Translations under genes and position numbers: made by a program
Shown: positions 50,641-64,000 of the stretch, piece after piece
How the letters are laid out: each line of letters opens with the position of its first letter
Numbering within the stretch: the first letter of the stretch is position 1
NCBI RefSeq assembly: GCF_001194135.2
Contig: NC_068985.1
Location: 16,169,464-16,233,463, forward strand
Length of the DNA stretch: 64,000 nt
Reading direction: 5' to 3'
Source of the DNA: Octopus bimaculoides
Lineage: Eukaryota
Notes under the pieces: generated by a model
The model's input: only the letters and a program-made list of their open reading frames with translations
The model's database searches: none
Told to the model about the DNA's origin: nothing

Positions 50641-52089
50641 CCATTTAGGCATTAAAATATTTTTGTAAATGTGGCTTTTAAAGTATATAAATCATTCGGT
50701 TGTTGAAAATAATCTACACAGTACCTTTAGTGACTATTCAATAATAGAAAAAATATGAAATACTAGCCACAAAGTGCATTTAAAAATCATCTGCTACATA
50801 TTACAGTAGTATTAAACATCAAAGTTTAATAGTATAAGTTTGTGAATTCGCTTATTTTTCATTAGGTTTCATTATTTGATGTTAAACTGATTTTGTTCTG
50901 TTTAATTTTTGGTCTCATTTTATTGATTGTGCACAAATGGTTTGACAAATATTCAGTAAATCAAAGCAGACCAGTCAAGAACTACTAAGTAAGAGAGAAT
51001 CAAGTTGATGTTGAACACTTCTTCAGAGCGTAGGCGGAGACCTTAGCAACACCCATAGCTGATTTGTGTTTAATTCTAATTTTATGATTAAGGTGTATGT
51101 ATGTGACGGATGCTGCATGGCCTAATGGTTAAGATGCTTGTGTCACAACCAACTGCACAGATGCTAATGTACAGCATCAGAACAAACATCTTTTCCCATA
51201 GCCTCAGGCCAACCCAAGTCTCAAGAGATTGGGTAGACAGAAACTGGATAGATTGTGTCTGTAACACAAAGATCCAAATTGTCATATAGCAATTGATTCT
51301 GCTTGAGAAGTGTTAAAGCTAAACATTTTATGTGGAATGCTCAGCCAGTTACATGCTAATCCAATGAGTAATTAGTCCAGTTGACCAAACAACCAAATGG
51401 AGAGCCATTATATATAGGTGTGTGCATGTACATACAATTATAAGCTTAAAGATAGACTGATTGTACAAAGAAAGCGATCACCAAAAGGCTTTTTTTTTTT
51501 CAACATTTCCCATCTCACCTTTCAAAATTTACCGTTTGAAACTTTGAACAATAGTCTCTTGAGTTGCATTTTATATTCTTTTTTTTCTGTCTTCTTCCTT
51601 CCTTTCTTTTGTATTCATTTTTTTTTTACCTTCTTTCTTTTGCATTCATATTCTTTAATCATGAAGTACTTCTTCCCACATTGTAAAGCTCTTACTCTTT
51701 GATACTGCTCTTCCACATCTTTCATTTTCTTTTGTCCTTTTTTTTTTTATAGGAGATTACTCCATTTGCCTGTGTAGAACATCACCACTCTACTCTTTAC
51801 TATTTGGTGTAGCTTTCTTGCTTATCACCACAGCTGTTGGATTTAACTACAAATATGCACAATACAAGTGTATTTTGGTAATTCAAGAAAACTAGAAAGA
51901 ACTCATCAACTGGAAGTGAATGCAATGGTGTGAAAATGTGTAGGCAAAAGGACTGTTGAATGTTAGATATGATGTCTGACAAAGGATTGTAGCAATAGAA
52001 AAATTCATCTCCATTGTAAAAGCATTAAAGCTCATAAAGTCAACAGTAGGAGCAATAAATGACAATAAACACAAAATTAGGTCAAACAC

Positions 52090-52650
52090 TCAAGCAGCTA
52101 CTTCATTAACTGCTTGGACATTGATACAGTGCCAAGTGTAATATTTCCAACAAATTATTGATCCTTTTAGACAATGCACCAAGCCACCTAGTAAATATAA
52201 ATTAGATTTCAGATAATACGTGAGTAAACTATATCCTCAAGAACACAAATATTTTGCTCCTGTCAATGGATCAAGGTGTGAATGCTAACTTCAAGACATG
52301 CCGTCTAAGAACTTTGAACCAATTAAAAAGAAAGAAAAAAAAAATCAATTGAATTGGAAGATTAACATAGAGTTAAGGACTTCTGGAAAGTTCAACATTA
52401 TGGATGCTTGGATAACACAGCCACATAGTCAAAAAGATGAGATGAAGTGAAACCCTCAGTTTTGAACATGTTTGGAAAAATATATGGCCTGTCTGTATAG
52501 GTAACCTTACCATGTTTTCTACAAGCAGAAAGTCTATTTGAAATTCATCAAATCATATGACACTAACAACTGATGCATGGCTTGAAGAAGTCATGGAAGA
52601 TGATGTAGTTGAGTTATTAGAATCCTGTAGACAGTCTATTTAAAGAGGAG
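52090..52650 (+). mobile_element. pogo/Tigger DDE transposase relic
   Basis: Broken frames read LILLDNAPSH, KNTNILLLSMDQGVNANFKTCRLRTL (cf. PNTTSLLQPMDQGVIATFK), FWKxFNIMDA, WKNIWP and EDDVVELLES. Confidence 0.8.
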
Positions 52651-53556
52651 CTGATTCTGTTAGAATGCAGCAGTCATTTGTATGCCTGTGATCACATAAC
52701 CACATGACCAATCAGACTATCAGATGGTCAAAATGTGCTTTGCATCGTTTTAGCCTTCACTGGCTAAAACGATACACACATACATACATACATAGGCATG
52801 ACAGTGTGATTTTTAAGTTTGGTTCTCAACCATGCAGTTCCAGTACAGTCCCACTGTGTGACACTTTGAATACATGCCTTCTATAGCTCAAGTTCAAACA
52901 AAGCCTTGATGGAAAGTGAAAGAAGCTGAGTGCCACTGTTATACAAGTGGTGTCGTTCATTTCCAATTTATCATGAAAATGTCCAGTCATGGAGGAAATA
53001 TTATCTTACTTGGTAACCAATGAGGCATCTGGAAAGACATTAAGCCATGGAAAATCTACTCCAACAATACACTCCTTATACCAACTTTTGAGTAACTGCC
53101 ATTTTTACCTTATTATAAATATATACTTAAAAGGTCGTTGATTATGGCTAGTCTGAGAGTGACCATTAGTTTCGAACCTATAAAGTTCTTAGCGGTATAG
53201 GTAACTCATCAGACTTAGGCACATAATCTCTCTACAACTGGGGGTAGGAAAAAGTCTTGGTCAGCTAGGGTTGTAAACAAAAAAATCCTCGTGTGTGTGT
53301 GTGTGTCCACATTATGCCAAGACAGTTTGCCACTTACAAATATGACTTAAGTATACCATATTTTTGCTAATTGTTTTAGACGCTAATGTGGTCACAACCA
53401 AACGGACACTCTCCCTTTCATCTTTGATCCAGAGGAGACATCCAGGAGCTGCACTTGGCTGTTATTCATTTCGCCCAGAGTAGAATGAAGTACTTTGCTC
53501 AAGGACACAACACGCCAGCTGGGATTAGGAATCAGCCTTAACCACAAGATCATACA

Positions 53557-53600
<44 letters not shown>

Positions 53601-53610
53601 NNNNNNNNNN

Positions 53611-53654
<44 letters not shown>

Positions 53655-53859
53655 TAATGGAACCCTTTTAGAGTGATTATTTTAGTACGAAGCCTTTTTG
53701 AAAACTAACATTTCTCCGATTATAATAAGCGGCTACACATAAAAATCTTCTGGTAGGTAACAAGCAAATCCAGTTAAATTTTCCATACAACTTTTGGTGA
53801 TTTCATGTTGAGCAACGTTTTCAATTTCGTTTTGCAACTTTCACGTACATGTTTTTCAT

Positions 53860-54045
53860 TGTGGGTTCCGGTGGTTTATAGCTTATTCTGTTTGGGACTG
53901 GTGTCGTTAGGGTTCCAAGAGCTCCAGACACGAACAAGCAATCGAGGAAGCTGAAAAGAAAGCTCAACGGGCGATATGGCAACAAGCAAGCAACGTTAAC
54001 ATAGTATTTACGGAAATAGCAAGATTTCTTGAGAAATAAACTCAA
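53860..54045 (+). mobile_element. Possible C-terminal fragment of a restriction-like-endonuclease non-LTR retrotransposon
   Basis: With one frameshift and one stop it reads IVGSGG(F)IAYSVWDWCR*GSKSSRHEQAIEEAEKKAQRAIWQ, resembling the recalled Hero/NeSL-type ending EVG.RGF...AAE..S.WLW. Confidence 0.3.
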
Positions 54046-56101
54046 CGAAAAAGTTTTACAATTTATGCAGTTGTTTCGACTTACTAACCTTCTTCTGTCT
54101 TGTAGTTACATTTTAGTCTTTTTTTTTTTAATCATTACTGAGTATACAATGTTATCTTTATAATATTCACGGTTTTTACAGAATTACTCCCCTAATGAAT
54201 AAATTAAAATCTCGTCCGAAGTCAACAAAATAAGCAGCTGGGCTCTCTCAAATACCAAATTATTTGCATTTTAATGACAATAATTGATCAAGTGCTTTTG
54301 TTGTCTGTTACAGTCTACAAAGTACCCGCACATGGGAAAGATCCTCTTCAAAGGCACATGGCGAATATCCCTTCCCACACTGTCGAAATCGTATGAAAGG
54401 CAAGGCCGATACAAAGTCACAGCAACTAAAAAAAAAGTTGGTGAAAGAAATACCTTCACATCTCAACGAAGTTTATAGTAATACTGTTTGGTGGAATTGT
54501 TATCAATCAGTAAATGTGAAGAATGTAGAAGTTTGTTGTCCATTTCATAACCCATTTTTCATAGTTCATGCAGTTTTACAATGCACGTTAATACATTATA
54601 TAATTAAAATACATCGATAAGAACTTTAGATTTTGTTACTTCGAAAGACGATGTGCAGTGCAACGGTTAAATACCTTGAATATATGCCAGTTTGAAATGT
54701 GTTGCTAGCTTTTTCAACGATCAGTTAAGTGCACAATTCGATATTTTATCTCCAATACGGATAGATTATCGATTATTGTGATGCCGATGATCGATTTTTC
54801 TCTTGGAGATATCGGTCTTATGTAATGTTACAAATATACCACTAATTATTATTGAACTGACTTGAGATTAAATTAGCGGAAAAGCAGTCTCTAAGAGAAG
54901 ATAAATACTTCCAACATGTCTAGCCACAGATTAACCGGGTTGAGCAGCTCTTATTGTCATCAAACTGTCCTTTTCTTTTTTACCAGGTAATAATGTGTCT
55001 TGGACTACATTAGTCAATGTATCCTTTCTTTTTAAAAGGTTAGGGTATAATGAAGGAGATTTGATTACTACTTCTAGTTGGTTGAATGAGCGCGTGGATG
55101 TTGCCTTGGTTCAGGATTTAAAGGTATTTAAAAGGACTATGAATTTATAAGATGAAACAAAACAACGAAAAAAAAAATAATTAGCATCTGAATCTGTGGC
55201 TTGTATTGATATATCCTAATAAATTAGTAAACCTAATAAGATTGATGTATTTTAATATTATTTAAGCAGTTTGAAAAAAAAGTCCAACGCAGTAATCGAC
55301 CATATTGTCCAAAGACAATTTCAACAGAGACAAATGCAATGTTATTCCTACGACACATTCTTCGAAAAGATAGATCTATCTCTTTGTTTGTTGTTTTGTT
55401 CAGCCTCCACCACCAACATGTAGGTGCCAACCATGACCATATCATCGTCTTTTTTATGTCATTAAAATATAAAAGACAATTTAAACACGGACTAATTTCA
55501 AACATGGGGGTTGACAGCCATGCTGGTCTCCATCACAACCCATTACACATTAAACAAACGTATGTTTGAGAGAGAAAAAAGAGATTGCTGTTGATATTAA
55601 AACACAACACGAATTCAAGTCTTAGTAAAATGATTCCAGCCGCCTATTTGTTTACTACGATCACAGCAAAACAAGACCGAATCGTTAAGGAATTTTGTGT
55701 AGAAGGGATCGATACCGAATTCTGTGCCTGAAGTTGTGACCAGATCAAAACACAGAGTTTACATATCTAGTTTAGTTGGGTTTACATATGTTGTCTGGTT
55801 CCTTTACACAGTTGAGAAATCGCGTTTACACATCAATACCTTTGTGTAGTCTCATTAACAGATACATTTGTTGTATTGCCCCATTAATACACCTTAAATG
55901 TGTAATTATATTTACACATCTCTGGAGTCTTGTCGCTCCATCTATATATACCGTGTGGCCCCATCTACATATTAAAGATCTATACTATGATGTTAAGTAA
56001 AATTCGGTAAACAATGTTCATATTGGTAAAGTGATAAATAGAATTTGCCATAAAGTTAACATGAAGGTAATACAATAACAATAGAGACAGAGTCTACTCA
56101 C

Positions 56102-56233
56102 TTCTGTTCCCAGTTCATTGACTTGGGATGCCCCTGCACTGGGCGCATCTTCTGCCTTCGTATTTTCCATACAAAACTTGAGCAAGTCCTTCATGTTGGA
56201 CGGAATTCTATCTTCTCTCTGATCACCAGGCAT
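56102..56233 (-). CDS. HSPBP1: HSPBP1 coding exon 1 (MPGDQREDRIPSNMKDLLKFCMENTKAEDAPSAGASQVNELGTE)
   Basis: ATG at 56233-56231, 44 codons, phase-0 donor GAA|GTGAGT at 56101. RIPSNMKDLLKF resembles human HSPBP1 RPPRNLQGLLQM (recalled), the N-terminal release-domain region. Confidence 0.9.
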
Positions 56234-56459
56234 CGTTGGCGCTAGTATATGAGCGAATCCTTCTGCGGGAAAGGTTTGAACACTAAACGTAGTAGTCGGC
56301 AACTGACCGAGTAGGAGGAGAAGTTACACTCGAGTGGAGAGAGAGAAAGAGAGAAGGCGAAGTTGAGAGAACGTCTCCGCTTAATAATCCTTATCATAAA
56401 TAGCTATACTTCAGTGTGAAAGGAGGAGGCGCCCACTCAGGTGGCAGTAAGAGTAGTGA

Positions 56460-56467
56460 TTTATATA
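56460..56467 (-). promoter_or_regulatory. Candidate TATA box (TATATAAA) for HSPBP1
   Basis: About 230 nt upstream of the ATG in a CpG-richer segment. Motif only; TSS unknown. Confidence 0.3.
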
Positions 56468-56942
56468 ACCTCACTTTACTACTATAGTAATGTCGTAGTA
56501 AAGTCACACACGCGATTCTACGCTTCCCTCCTTTTCTCTTCTTTCTTCTCTCAATCTTTCTCTCCAGACACCTTTGTTTTCCAGTGTTACAAGTAGATTC
56601 GGCTGTCAACAATATTTGTTGGATACTTCCGCTTAAACTAGCAGTAGGAGTTGTAATAGTAACATTGGTGGTAGGACATATTAGTAGTATTAGACGAGGA
56701 GGAGGACTAATAATAATGATATTGCTTACTGTATTAATAATAGTATCAGTGGTAGTAATATTGTTGATGGTGTTAGACGTAAGCTGAAGAAGGAGGAGGA
56801 TTAACACAATAACGTTCCTGGTGTTAATAGTAGTATTAGTTAGTGTTAGTAATATTAATGTTAGTGTTAGTAAGACGAAGGGGAGTAATAAGGTGGTGGT
56901 GGAATTAATAGTAGTATTAGGATTAGTAATAATGTGATGATG

Positions 56943-56986
<44 letters not shown>
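56943..56986. repeat. (TAG)n microsatellite between the HSE and the HSPBP1 start
   Basis: Direct observation. Confidence 0.95.
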
Positions 56987-56987
<1 letters not shown>

Positions 56988-57010
56988 TGCCGAGAAATCG
57001 ATAGACTGTC

Positions 57011-57035
57011 GGAAATATCGAGAACTTTCTCGAAT
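57011..57035. promoter_or_regulatory. Heat-shock element (HSF-binding site) upstream of HSPBP1
   Basis: gGAAa-tATCg-aGAAc-tTTCt-cGAAt: five alternating nGAAn units with one mismatch; 57021-57035 is a perfect triple. A GTGACG CRE-like half-site follows. Confidence 0.7.
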
Positions 57036-57384
57036 ATGTGACGCCGCTTTTACCGCGGGAGGAAGAGTAAGAGAGGAAAAACAGAGGGGGGAAGAAGACA
57101 GTGAAGGAGAAGGTATGAAGAAAGTGTGAGAGGAGTAAAGATGGTGAAGGAGAAGGTTTAAAGAAAGTATCAGAGGGGAAGACGGTTGAATGAAGGGGAT
57201 GAGGGAATCGGTAGAAAGCATAATGATGTAGTTTCTTGGTCGTGAGAAAGGAGGAGCTACAGCAAAGTGGTGATGCAATCGTAAAAATAGAATACATATT
57301 GGTCGAAGAATAATAAATATCAAGCAAGTTTGCGGCGTTGAAATAGCAAGTGAGAGATGATTTGAGTGGGATGATAGAGTACAA

Positions 57385-57416
57385 ATAGGGATAAACAAGT
57401 CGCTTTGGCTCGAACC

Positions 57417-57453
<37 letters not shown>

Positions 57454-57620
57454 ACAAAACCAAACATACACTCATAGATACATATATAGGGATAAACAAG
57501 TCGCTTTGGCTCGAACCATATATATATATATATATATACATAACAAAGCCAAACATACACTCATAGATACATATATAGGTATAAAACCAAACATACGCTC
57601 ATAGATAAATATATAGGCAT
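57385..57620. repeat. ~101-bp tandem duplication with decaying subunits upstream of HSPBP1
   Basis: ATAGGGATAAACAAGTCGCTTTGGCTCGAACC(AT)n at 57385 and 57486; CCAAACATAC.CTCATAGATA occurs three times. Confidence 0.85.
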
Positions 57621-59789
57621 AAAACAAAACGAAACGTGCTGTGAATAAATATATTTAAGGACTTGAGAGAGTAAAAAAAAAGAAGATATTTAAGAAGACT
57701 CGAAATACTTCAAATGCTAAAAATATCTTTATAACGACTGTAGAACATGCAAAACAAATAGCCATAGACCAACAAAATGGATAATTCCTAAAGTACCAAT
57801 CAGAAAAAGTGGGAGAAATATGTTGAAGCAAAACAGCTTTTGACCATCATCGTTTCAAGACTAAATGAAAGATACTTATAAAGCTTTTGTTTAATTTAAA
57901 CACTATATTGTATTCTTTCATAGATACTCTTTGTTACGTTGTTATTGTTCTAAGACAGATTTAAAATTCCTTATCACTTATATAACATTTATTTCAGAGA
58001 CATGTTGACTAAAGAATAAAGTAGTGACATAGAAAAATGATTGTTAATTAAGAATTACAAATCATGACGAGATCTTAGTTTTGTCGTGGATCACAAGAAT
58101 ATGATGGAGTGTGATTTGAAGGAGACTTGGCTGCTATTTCTAGTCAACCACCTTTTGATCCCCTCGTTGCTAATAGTGTGTCTTGTCCTTCGATGGACAG
58201 AAATATAGCTGAATATTTAAGAAGTTCACTTTGCAACCATGGCACACGGAGGGGGGGGGATCCCACTGCGCGGCATCTTGGGCAAGTTTTTTCTTTATCA
58301 TGGCCACGGGTCACCCCAGGCCTTGTTACTAAAACTGAATAGATGGTAACCGTTGAATCCCATCGAATGAGCTAATTTCAATTCAAAAAGCTGGCTTTAT
58401 CACACTTAACGTAACCTCCAGGTTGATTCTGTTTTGGGATTACGTTAAGGATACAACTGTCTATTTTAAGGAATACTCAACTACCTACACTGATTCAATG
58501 AGCTAGTTCATTCGATCGAACAATTGGAATATTTATAGTCGAAAACCACGGAGAACCATTTACTTCTTTTCGGCCTCCCACATATTAACCACCCACTCGT
58601 TCAGGTACTCTAAATCTATTTCTGAAACATCAATAGCTTTATTTTAATGTCTTCTACAATGGTAGTATGATATATTTAGCCCTTCATGCGTTTCCAATCG
58701 TCTTATCTGGTATTTTGACCATATTCGGCTCTGATCGAATAGATGTTTATTTCAAAGCGTTCCAGCCGTGACAAATCCTAGTTATCGTTTTTTTAAAGAC
58801 TGTAGGCCATAGTTACAGAGAAATTTTATCGTCATTTTTCTTAGAAAACTCCTTTAATTAAAAAGATCATGACATTGTTGGTAGCAACTGAGGAGTGTTG
58901 ATAATATATTTTGTTATTACTGCTTTTTAGACTTTGATCAGCCATAATCAAGCAGACCTGAGTCAAAAGTATTCCAGTCAAGATCATCTTGTCATTTTAT
59001 TTATCGATTCGTCCTCTAAGACGGCAAGTTTTTGATATAAGGAAGACTTGGCTGCTATTTCTAGCAGGTCGAGTGTGCGGTTGGTGCTTAATCCCAAGTC
59101 AGCTCTGATTAAACAGACATGTTGAAGACATTCTAGCCGTGTCCACTTCACCTTTTATTCAGACGTATTGTATCTATGGTTACATTATCTAATATGTCAT
59201 CCTATCGGCGTGTGATTTGAAAGAGATTTGGCTGTTGTTACTAGCAGATCGAGCGGTCACGTAGAGGCTCTCTTGTGAACTTGAGACTGATGAGATTCAT
59301 ATAACTTATGTTTAGCTTGTCCATTTTTTTGATCAACGTAGAAAAAATGAAAGAGCGGAAAGGGATTTACGGTGGAGGATAGATCAGACATTGTAGCTAG
59401 TGTGGTCTAAAGCACAAGACAGTACGATGACGAACAAGAAGAAAAACGGTTGTTTTGGTCCACCACTACTTACCATCATTACCATCATAGTTAACATCAT
59501 CATGACAACAACAACGAGAATCTCAAAAACATTCTGTTAATCGTTCACTTAAATAAATTATAAAATAAAACTCCTGAGCCCTTAGCACTTTATTTTTGAA
59601 GCCCTAGTTGACAGGTTTTGCTTACGGATTAACTATTAACGGCCAAACCCATCCACTCCAATTGGATAACCTGTGTTGTATTGTTTATTTCAAAATCTAT
59701 AGCGACCTCGTCGTCGTCGTCGTCCTTTAGCTCCAAGTCAGCTCTGATCAAGCGGACTTATCAATGACGTTTCAATCATGTCGGTCTCA

Positions 59790-61930
59790 TAGGTCAGGTC
59801 ATATGTAAGGGGATGCGCCGTTGCAGATCGTTGCTGCATTCACCATTTGTCGGTATATTCCCGGGTCGTCTCGGGTGACTCGTCGAGCAGAGTCCCAGTT
59901 AGTCCCCACCTTCACGAGATACCTCTTCATCTGCCGTGACCATGTGGCATGTGGTCGACCAACACGAGCCGTCAACCCAGCCGGATCCTCAGTGAAGAGA
60001 ACACGGTAGGCAGGGTTTAACTCGGAACACATAGCCAAACAGTCTGAGCTGATGATCCCGAATCATACACGCAACAGGACGCCTCTCAGTTTCTGAGTAG
60101 AACCATTGGTTGGGCACGAAATCGGGCCAATGGGAACCCATAATCCTGCGAAATTTCCTGGTATCAAAGGAGTTCAGGCAGTTCTTAAGGATAGTGTCCA
60201 AGTCTCGCATGTATAGAACAGGACAGGGAAGGCCAGAGACCTAAAGACCCGAACCTTAGTCCTCCTGCACCGATACTGGCAGTGCCAAACACTCTTATCC
60301 AATGAGTTCACAACTATGCCAGCATGTCCAAGTCTTTTTAAGACTTCAGACTCACAGCTAATGCTGCTATGGATCACACTGCTGAGATAAGTAAAACAGT
60401 CAATGACTTCGACAATCTCACCAGTAACAGAGACAAATGAGGTGGGGTCGTCCAAAAAGCCAATGAAGAACTGCATCTTTGTCTTGACACAAAAGACTTT
60501 AAGGCTAAGTGGCTCCGCTTCCTCCCTCAGTGAAAGGAGAGCGCTCTTTAAAACATCCAGAGACTCAGCAAGAATAACTGCATCATTTGTAAAATCTAGG
60601 TCCTAGTTTCCCCAATGAGTGTACCACAACTCAATTGAGCCGCCATTCAGCCAAGTATCCAATCCATGCAAGCATTGTACAGAGTGGGAGTTAAGACACA
60701 ATACTGACAGAGCTCAGATCTAACTGGGGAAAAAGCCAGATGTTGAACCACCAATCTGAACTGCACTTACTGTTTCCGTGTACAATGCAGTCATCAGCCC
60801 AATCATTTGAGGAGGTATACCTTGCAGCTCCAGAATCCTGTCAGGCGGTATGATGCCGCTGTCCAGATTGAGCGGATGATTCGTAGCAGACCCACCTTTC
60901 TTGATCATCTCCCCCATAAATGTCACAAACTTCGGTTGCCTTCCCGCCCTTCAGCTGATTTGCCACCGTACGAACCTCGTCTTTGGATGGCAGATCACAG
61001 CTGACTATCTGATCGGTCACCAGCCCTGAAGGCATCGTAGTATTCAGATCAGCACTAGGTGAGTCCACGTTATACAACTTCTCAAAGTACGATACCCAGC
61101 GAACCATCTATTTGGATTCCTCCGTTAGAGGTGCGCCATCAGAATCTAAGACTCCAGGACACCGAAGGAGGAGGGTTCACTCCATTGAGCATAGCGATTC
61201 CTCTGTAGGCAGTACGTGAGTGAGACAAGTTGAGGCCGATTTTTGACCTCCTCGCATATTTCTCGAACTTACATTTCCTTGTCAGACCTCAGTGCTCTGA
61301 CAACCCATCTCAGCCTCCGAAACACCAGGGGCTCCACCCAGTCTCGCCTTGCAGCTACGCTACACCAATGCGAGGGTATCCCAGGAAGGGAAACGTTTCT
61401 TGACCCAATTTTGGAAACCAATACATTCCCTAACAGTCGACAATAGGTTGTCCCCTATAAGTTTCCCACATTCACACAGGATCAAACGAGGAGTCAGTCC
61501 CAGTAACACAGATTCAAGTTCTAACACTGTTGTCTGTGAGTTTTATCCAGTTTGGGACTGGTCGACTTCATCCTCTTAGACTTCAGTCGCAATTTCAATT
61601 CAGCCACATGTCCGTGGTCGGTGCCTATGAAATTAGCATTCTGAAAAGCACTGCAATCCTGTAAGATTCTCCAGCGGCCATTTACAAGTACGTGCTTGAT
61701 CTCATTTAGCACAGGACCAGTATTAGAATACCAAATCTAGTGATACAGCTCAAGACGTTGGTACCTGGAGCCAGCAATGCGACGTCCATGGCTTTTGACA
61801 AAGTCCAGAATCATCACACCACTTCCGTTCCTAGCACCAGATTCCATAGAGCCGACAACGCTCTCGTATCTCGTTCTCTCAACCCCAAAAATACATATGA
61901 AAAACAGTAACCAAAAAAACAAAGTTTAAG
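59790..61930 (-). mobile_element. RTE-clade LINE relic (APE endonuclease plus RT), frameshifted and internally deleted
   Basis: Fragments NGSGVMILDF, WYSNTG..LNEIKHVLVNGRWR (APE); WVSYFEKLYN, GKATEVCDI, DCFTYLSSVI, TKVRVFRSLAFPVLFYTCETWT, LRRIMG..W.DFVPN, QLRLFGYV, GRPHATW (RTE RT). Confidence 0.9.
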
Positions 61931-63606
61931 CTTTAAGATCAAGAGAGTAAATTCCGAGACTTCTGATATAGGTGAAGATCATAAATTTTGTGGGAGGGAA
62001 CATGTCCATTAGATTAACTCCAGTACTTGGATGGTATTTATCAACCCCGAAAAGATAAAAGGCATAGTCGACTTCGGCAGGTCTTGACCTTAGTGCGAAA
62101 AGGTACGCAGTTAAATACCACAAGGTATTTTTGTTGCTGTTCAACCGATTCTGCCAATCTATCACTCTTAGCGGTAATTTAATTCTTGTGTATGACTTTA
62201 AAGTGCATCCAGTAGAGAGGTCTTGATTCAAGAGTTTAAGGGCTGTGGAACCACTTCTTAGCTGTTATTGTTCCTAGTCTACTCTAAGCCGGGGTAGCAA
62301 CTTTCAGTGATCTCGGACCACACTTCATCATTTAAAAAAATATTATAAGCACAATGGATAATGCAGTTCTGGGTACCTAGTCTGAAGTTAAGACGAGATT
62401 GTTATAGTTGAACACTTTGGTGATAGATTTGTCTAATCAGAACTAGCCTGGACTTAGTAACATTTGATAGCTGTTAATATCAGATTAAACATTTGAAACT
62501 CTACAGAAAAATGCAGTGAATATTAATTAATTTATGCTTTATGCTCTGTAAAACACACACACACACACACAGTAATAACACTGCAGTGTCCAAAGATGAA
62601 ATGACTGTGTTGGTCAAGTAAATTGGCCACGAGTCTATTGTTATTGTGAGTGCTTCGTTATCGTTTAACTCAGGATCAGTTCTGATTGAGCAGGCCTATG
62701 ATCAAAGATATTCACCCAGGACATTATTACCCAAAGTGTCATTTCGACAAGATAGCAGGGTGTAATTTGACGGAGATGAGGTGGATGCTTTTAGCAAACC
62801 AATCATGGGTTGCCTGTAAAGCAACAGGAACGTTGCCGTCCGAGGCAGCCCATCAATTTGCAGCTCTGTCCCCGGGGCCCGCAAGCCCAAAACTGCTAAC
62901 CCCATAAAAATATCGTCCAGAGCGGACTGCCCCATTCCTAGCTACGCTACAAGAGATTGCCGACATAGATCCGCGAGATACTATGCTTATCCTGCCCACA
63001 AACGGGCCTTCGGACAATTTCTCCTTATTCTGAGCGTTTCATATAACGATATTGCTCGCTCATGAATGGTGTCTTGCTCCTATGGCCTATGGTTCCTTTC
63101 TATTTCAAACTGACCAGTATTATACACAAATCTCAAGAAAATAAGACACTTTATTAATATGTATTAGACACTCTCTGAGAGTGCACCTGTTTTAAAGTAA
63201 GATCACTCAAACTTGTAAACATAAACAGTGTCAATGTGTTTTAAAGTGAAACACTAAACATTTACTCAAAGAAATACAATTCTTTCTAGTAAAATGTTTC
63301 GCCTGTCCTTTTGTGCTAAATCACACTGGATATGCGAGTGACTTGCATGTAGTATTTAATTCTAATCATCCTTTTCCTACATCTGACGCGTACTGATGCT
63401 CCCTCATATTTGTTGGTTAAAAGATGCAGTTGAAGCACTGGTTGAGGCGTGATGTAACTTTTTAACATCTCTTACAATAACAAAGATATAAGGTAAATCA
63501 TATCATTTGGTGAACCTTATAACTTTTTGACATCTGCTGTAATAACCAGATTTAAATGAATCACAAGTATTGTCACATATTTACATGTTTTAATATTTAT
63601 TGACTA

Positions 63607-64000
63607 ACTAGCTGTTTTTCCCGGTTTCACTCGGGCAGTGTGGTGGATTTGGTTAAAGGCTATTTCCTATGTATATTTTGAATAATAAAAAGAACTAAAA
63701 ATTAAAAAAACAAAAATTCCAAAAACAAAAAAGAAGTAAGAACAACCCAAAAACAATACGATGCTAAGGATTTTGCGGGTCGATATTGTAAAACTAACTT
63801 CACGTGTGTACACCAATAGCCCCATGTAGTCACGGAACCTTATTTGTGGTATAACCTCGCCTTAAAAGAAAAATATATGGTAGTGCGGTTGTTGTATTGG
63901 CGACACAAGAATGTTAATCGAAACTGTTCAAGATCAATCATAGGTTGGACGTTCATGTACACTGATTAGAATTGTGAATTTCAATTATTGAAAACGCGTT
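63607..64000 (+). mobile_element. Helitron-like element 5' end (runs off window)
   Basis: ACTAGCTGTTTTTCCCGGTTTCACTCGGG, an ACTAGC start with a small CCCG...CGGG hairpin. Confidence 0.4.

Noticed and set aside
52598-52660. TGATGT...CTGA box C/D snoRNA-like pattern in HSPBP1 intron 1
   Set aside because: The terminal stem is only 3 bp and the segment is explained by the Tigger transposase relic.
56234-56302. N-terminal extension MPTTTFSVQTFPAEGFAHILAPT from the ORF track
   Set aside because: It begins at a non-ATG codon. The first ATG, in good context (CCAACGATG), is at 56233.
56394-57560. 388-aa minus-strand ORF upstream of HSPBP1
   Set aside because: Built from (AT)n, (CTA)n, tandem duplications and pyrimidine tracts that lack stops in this frame. 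No domain-like content, and it overlaps the likely promoter.

Overview
AT-rich, microsatellite-dense eukaryotic scaffold with several N gaps. The SINE families and composition suggest a cephalopod, probably Octopus (inference from repeat recognition). Two convergent multi-exon genes are supported. (1) On the minus strand, HSPBP1 (Fes1/HspBP1 Hsp70 nucleotide-exchange factor) has six coding exons from 56233 down to 31821, with consistent GT-AG boundaries and phases. The 5' part of exon 5 lies in an N gap. There is a near-perfect five-unit heat-shock element ~790 bp upstream, and a stop codon overlapping a possible splice donor that could give two C-termini. (2) On the plus strand, an unrecognised ~195-aa single-pass membrane protein (exons 7972-8147, 10135-10234, 14695-15006) has no signal peptide and an acidic, tyrosine-motif-bearing tail, like a transmembrane adaptor. 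The rest is introns and intergenic DNA containing at least four SINE families, CR1- and RTE-clade LINE relics, Penelope-like fragments with inverted ends and minimal hammerhead-ribozyme motifs, mariner, pogo/Tigger and hAT relics, several MITEs, Helitron-like elements and microsatellites. A ~9 kb repeat-poor stretch (22500-31400) resembles a long 3' UTR. No CRISPR, rRNA or true tRNA genes were seen.
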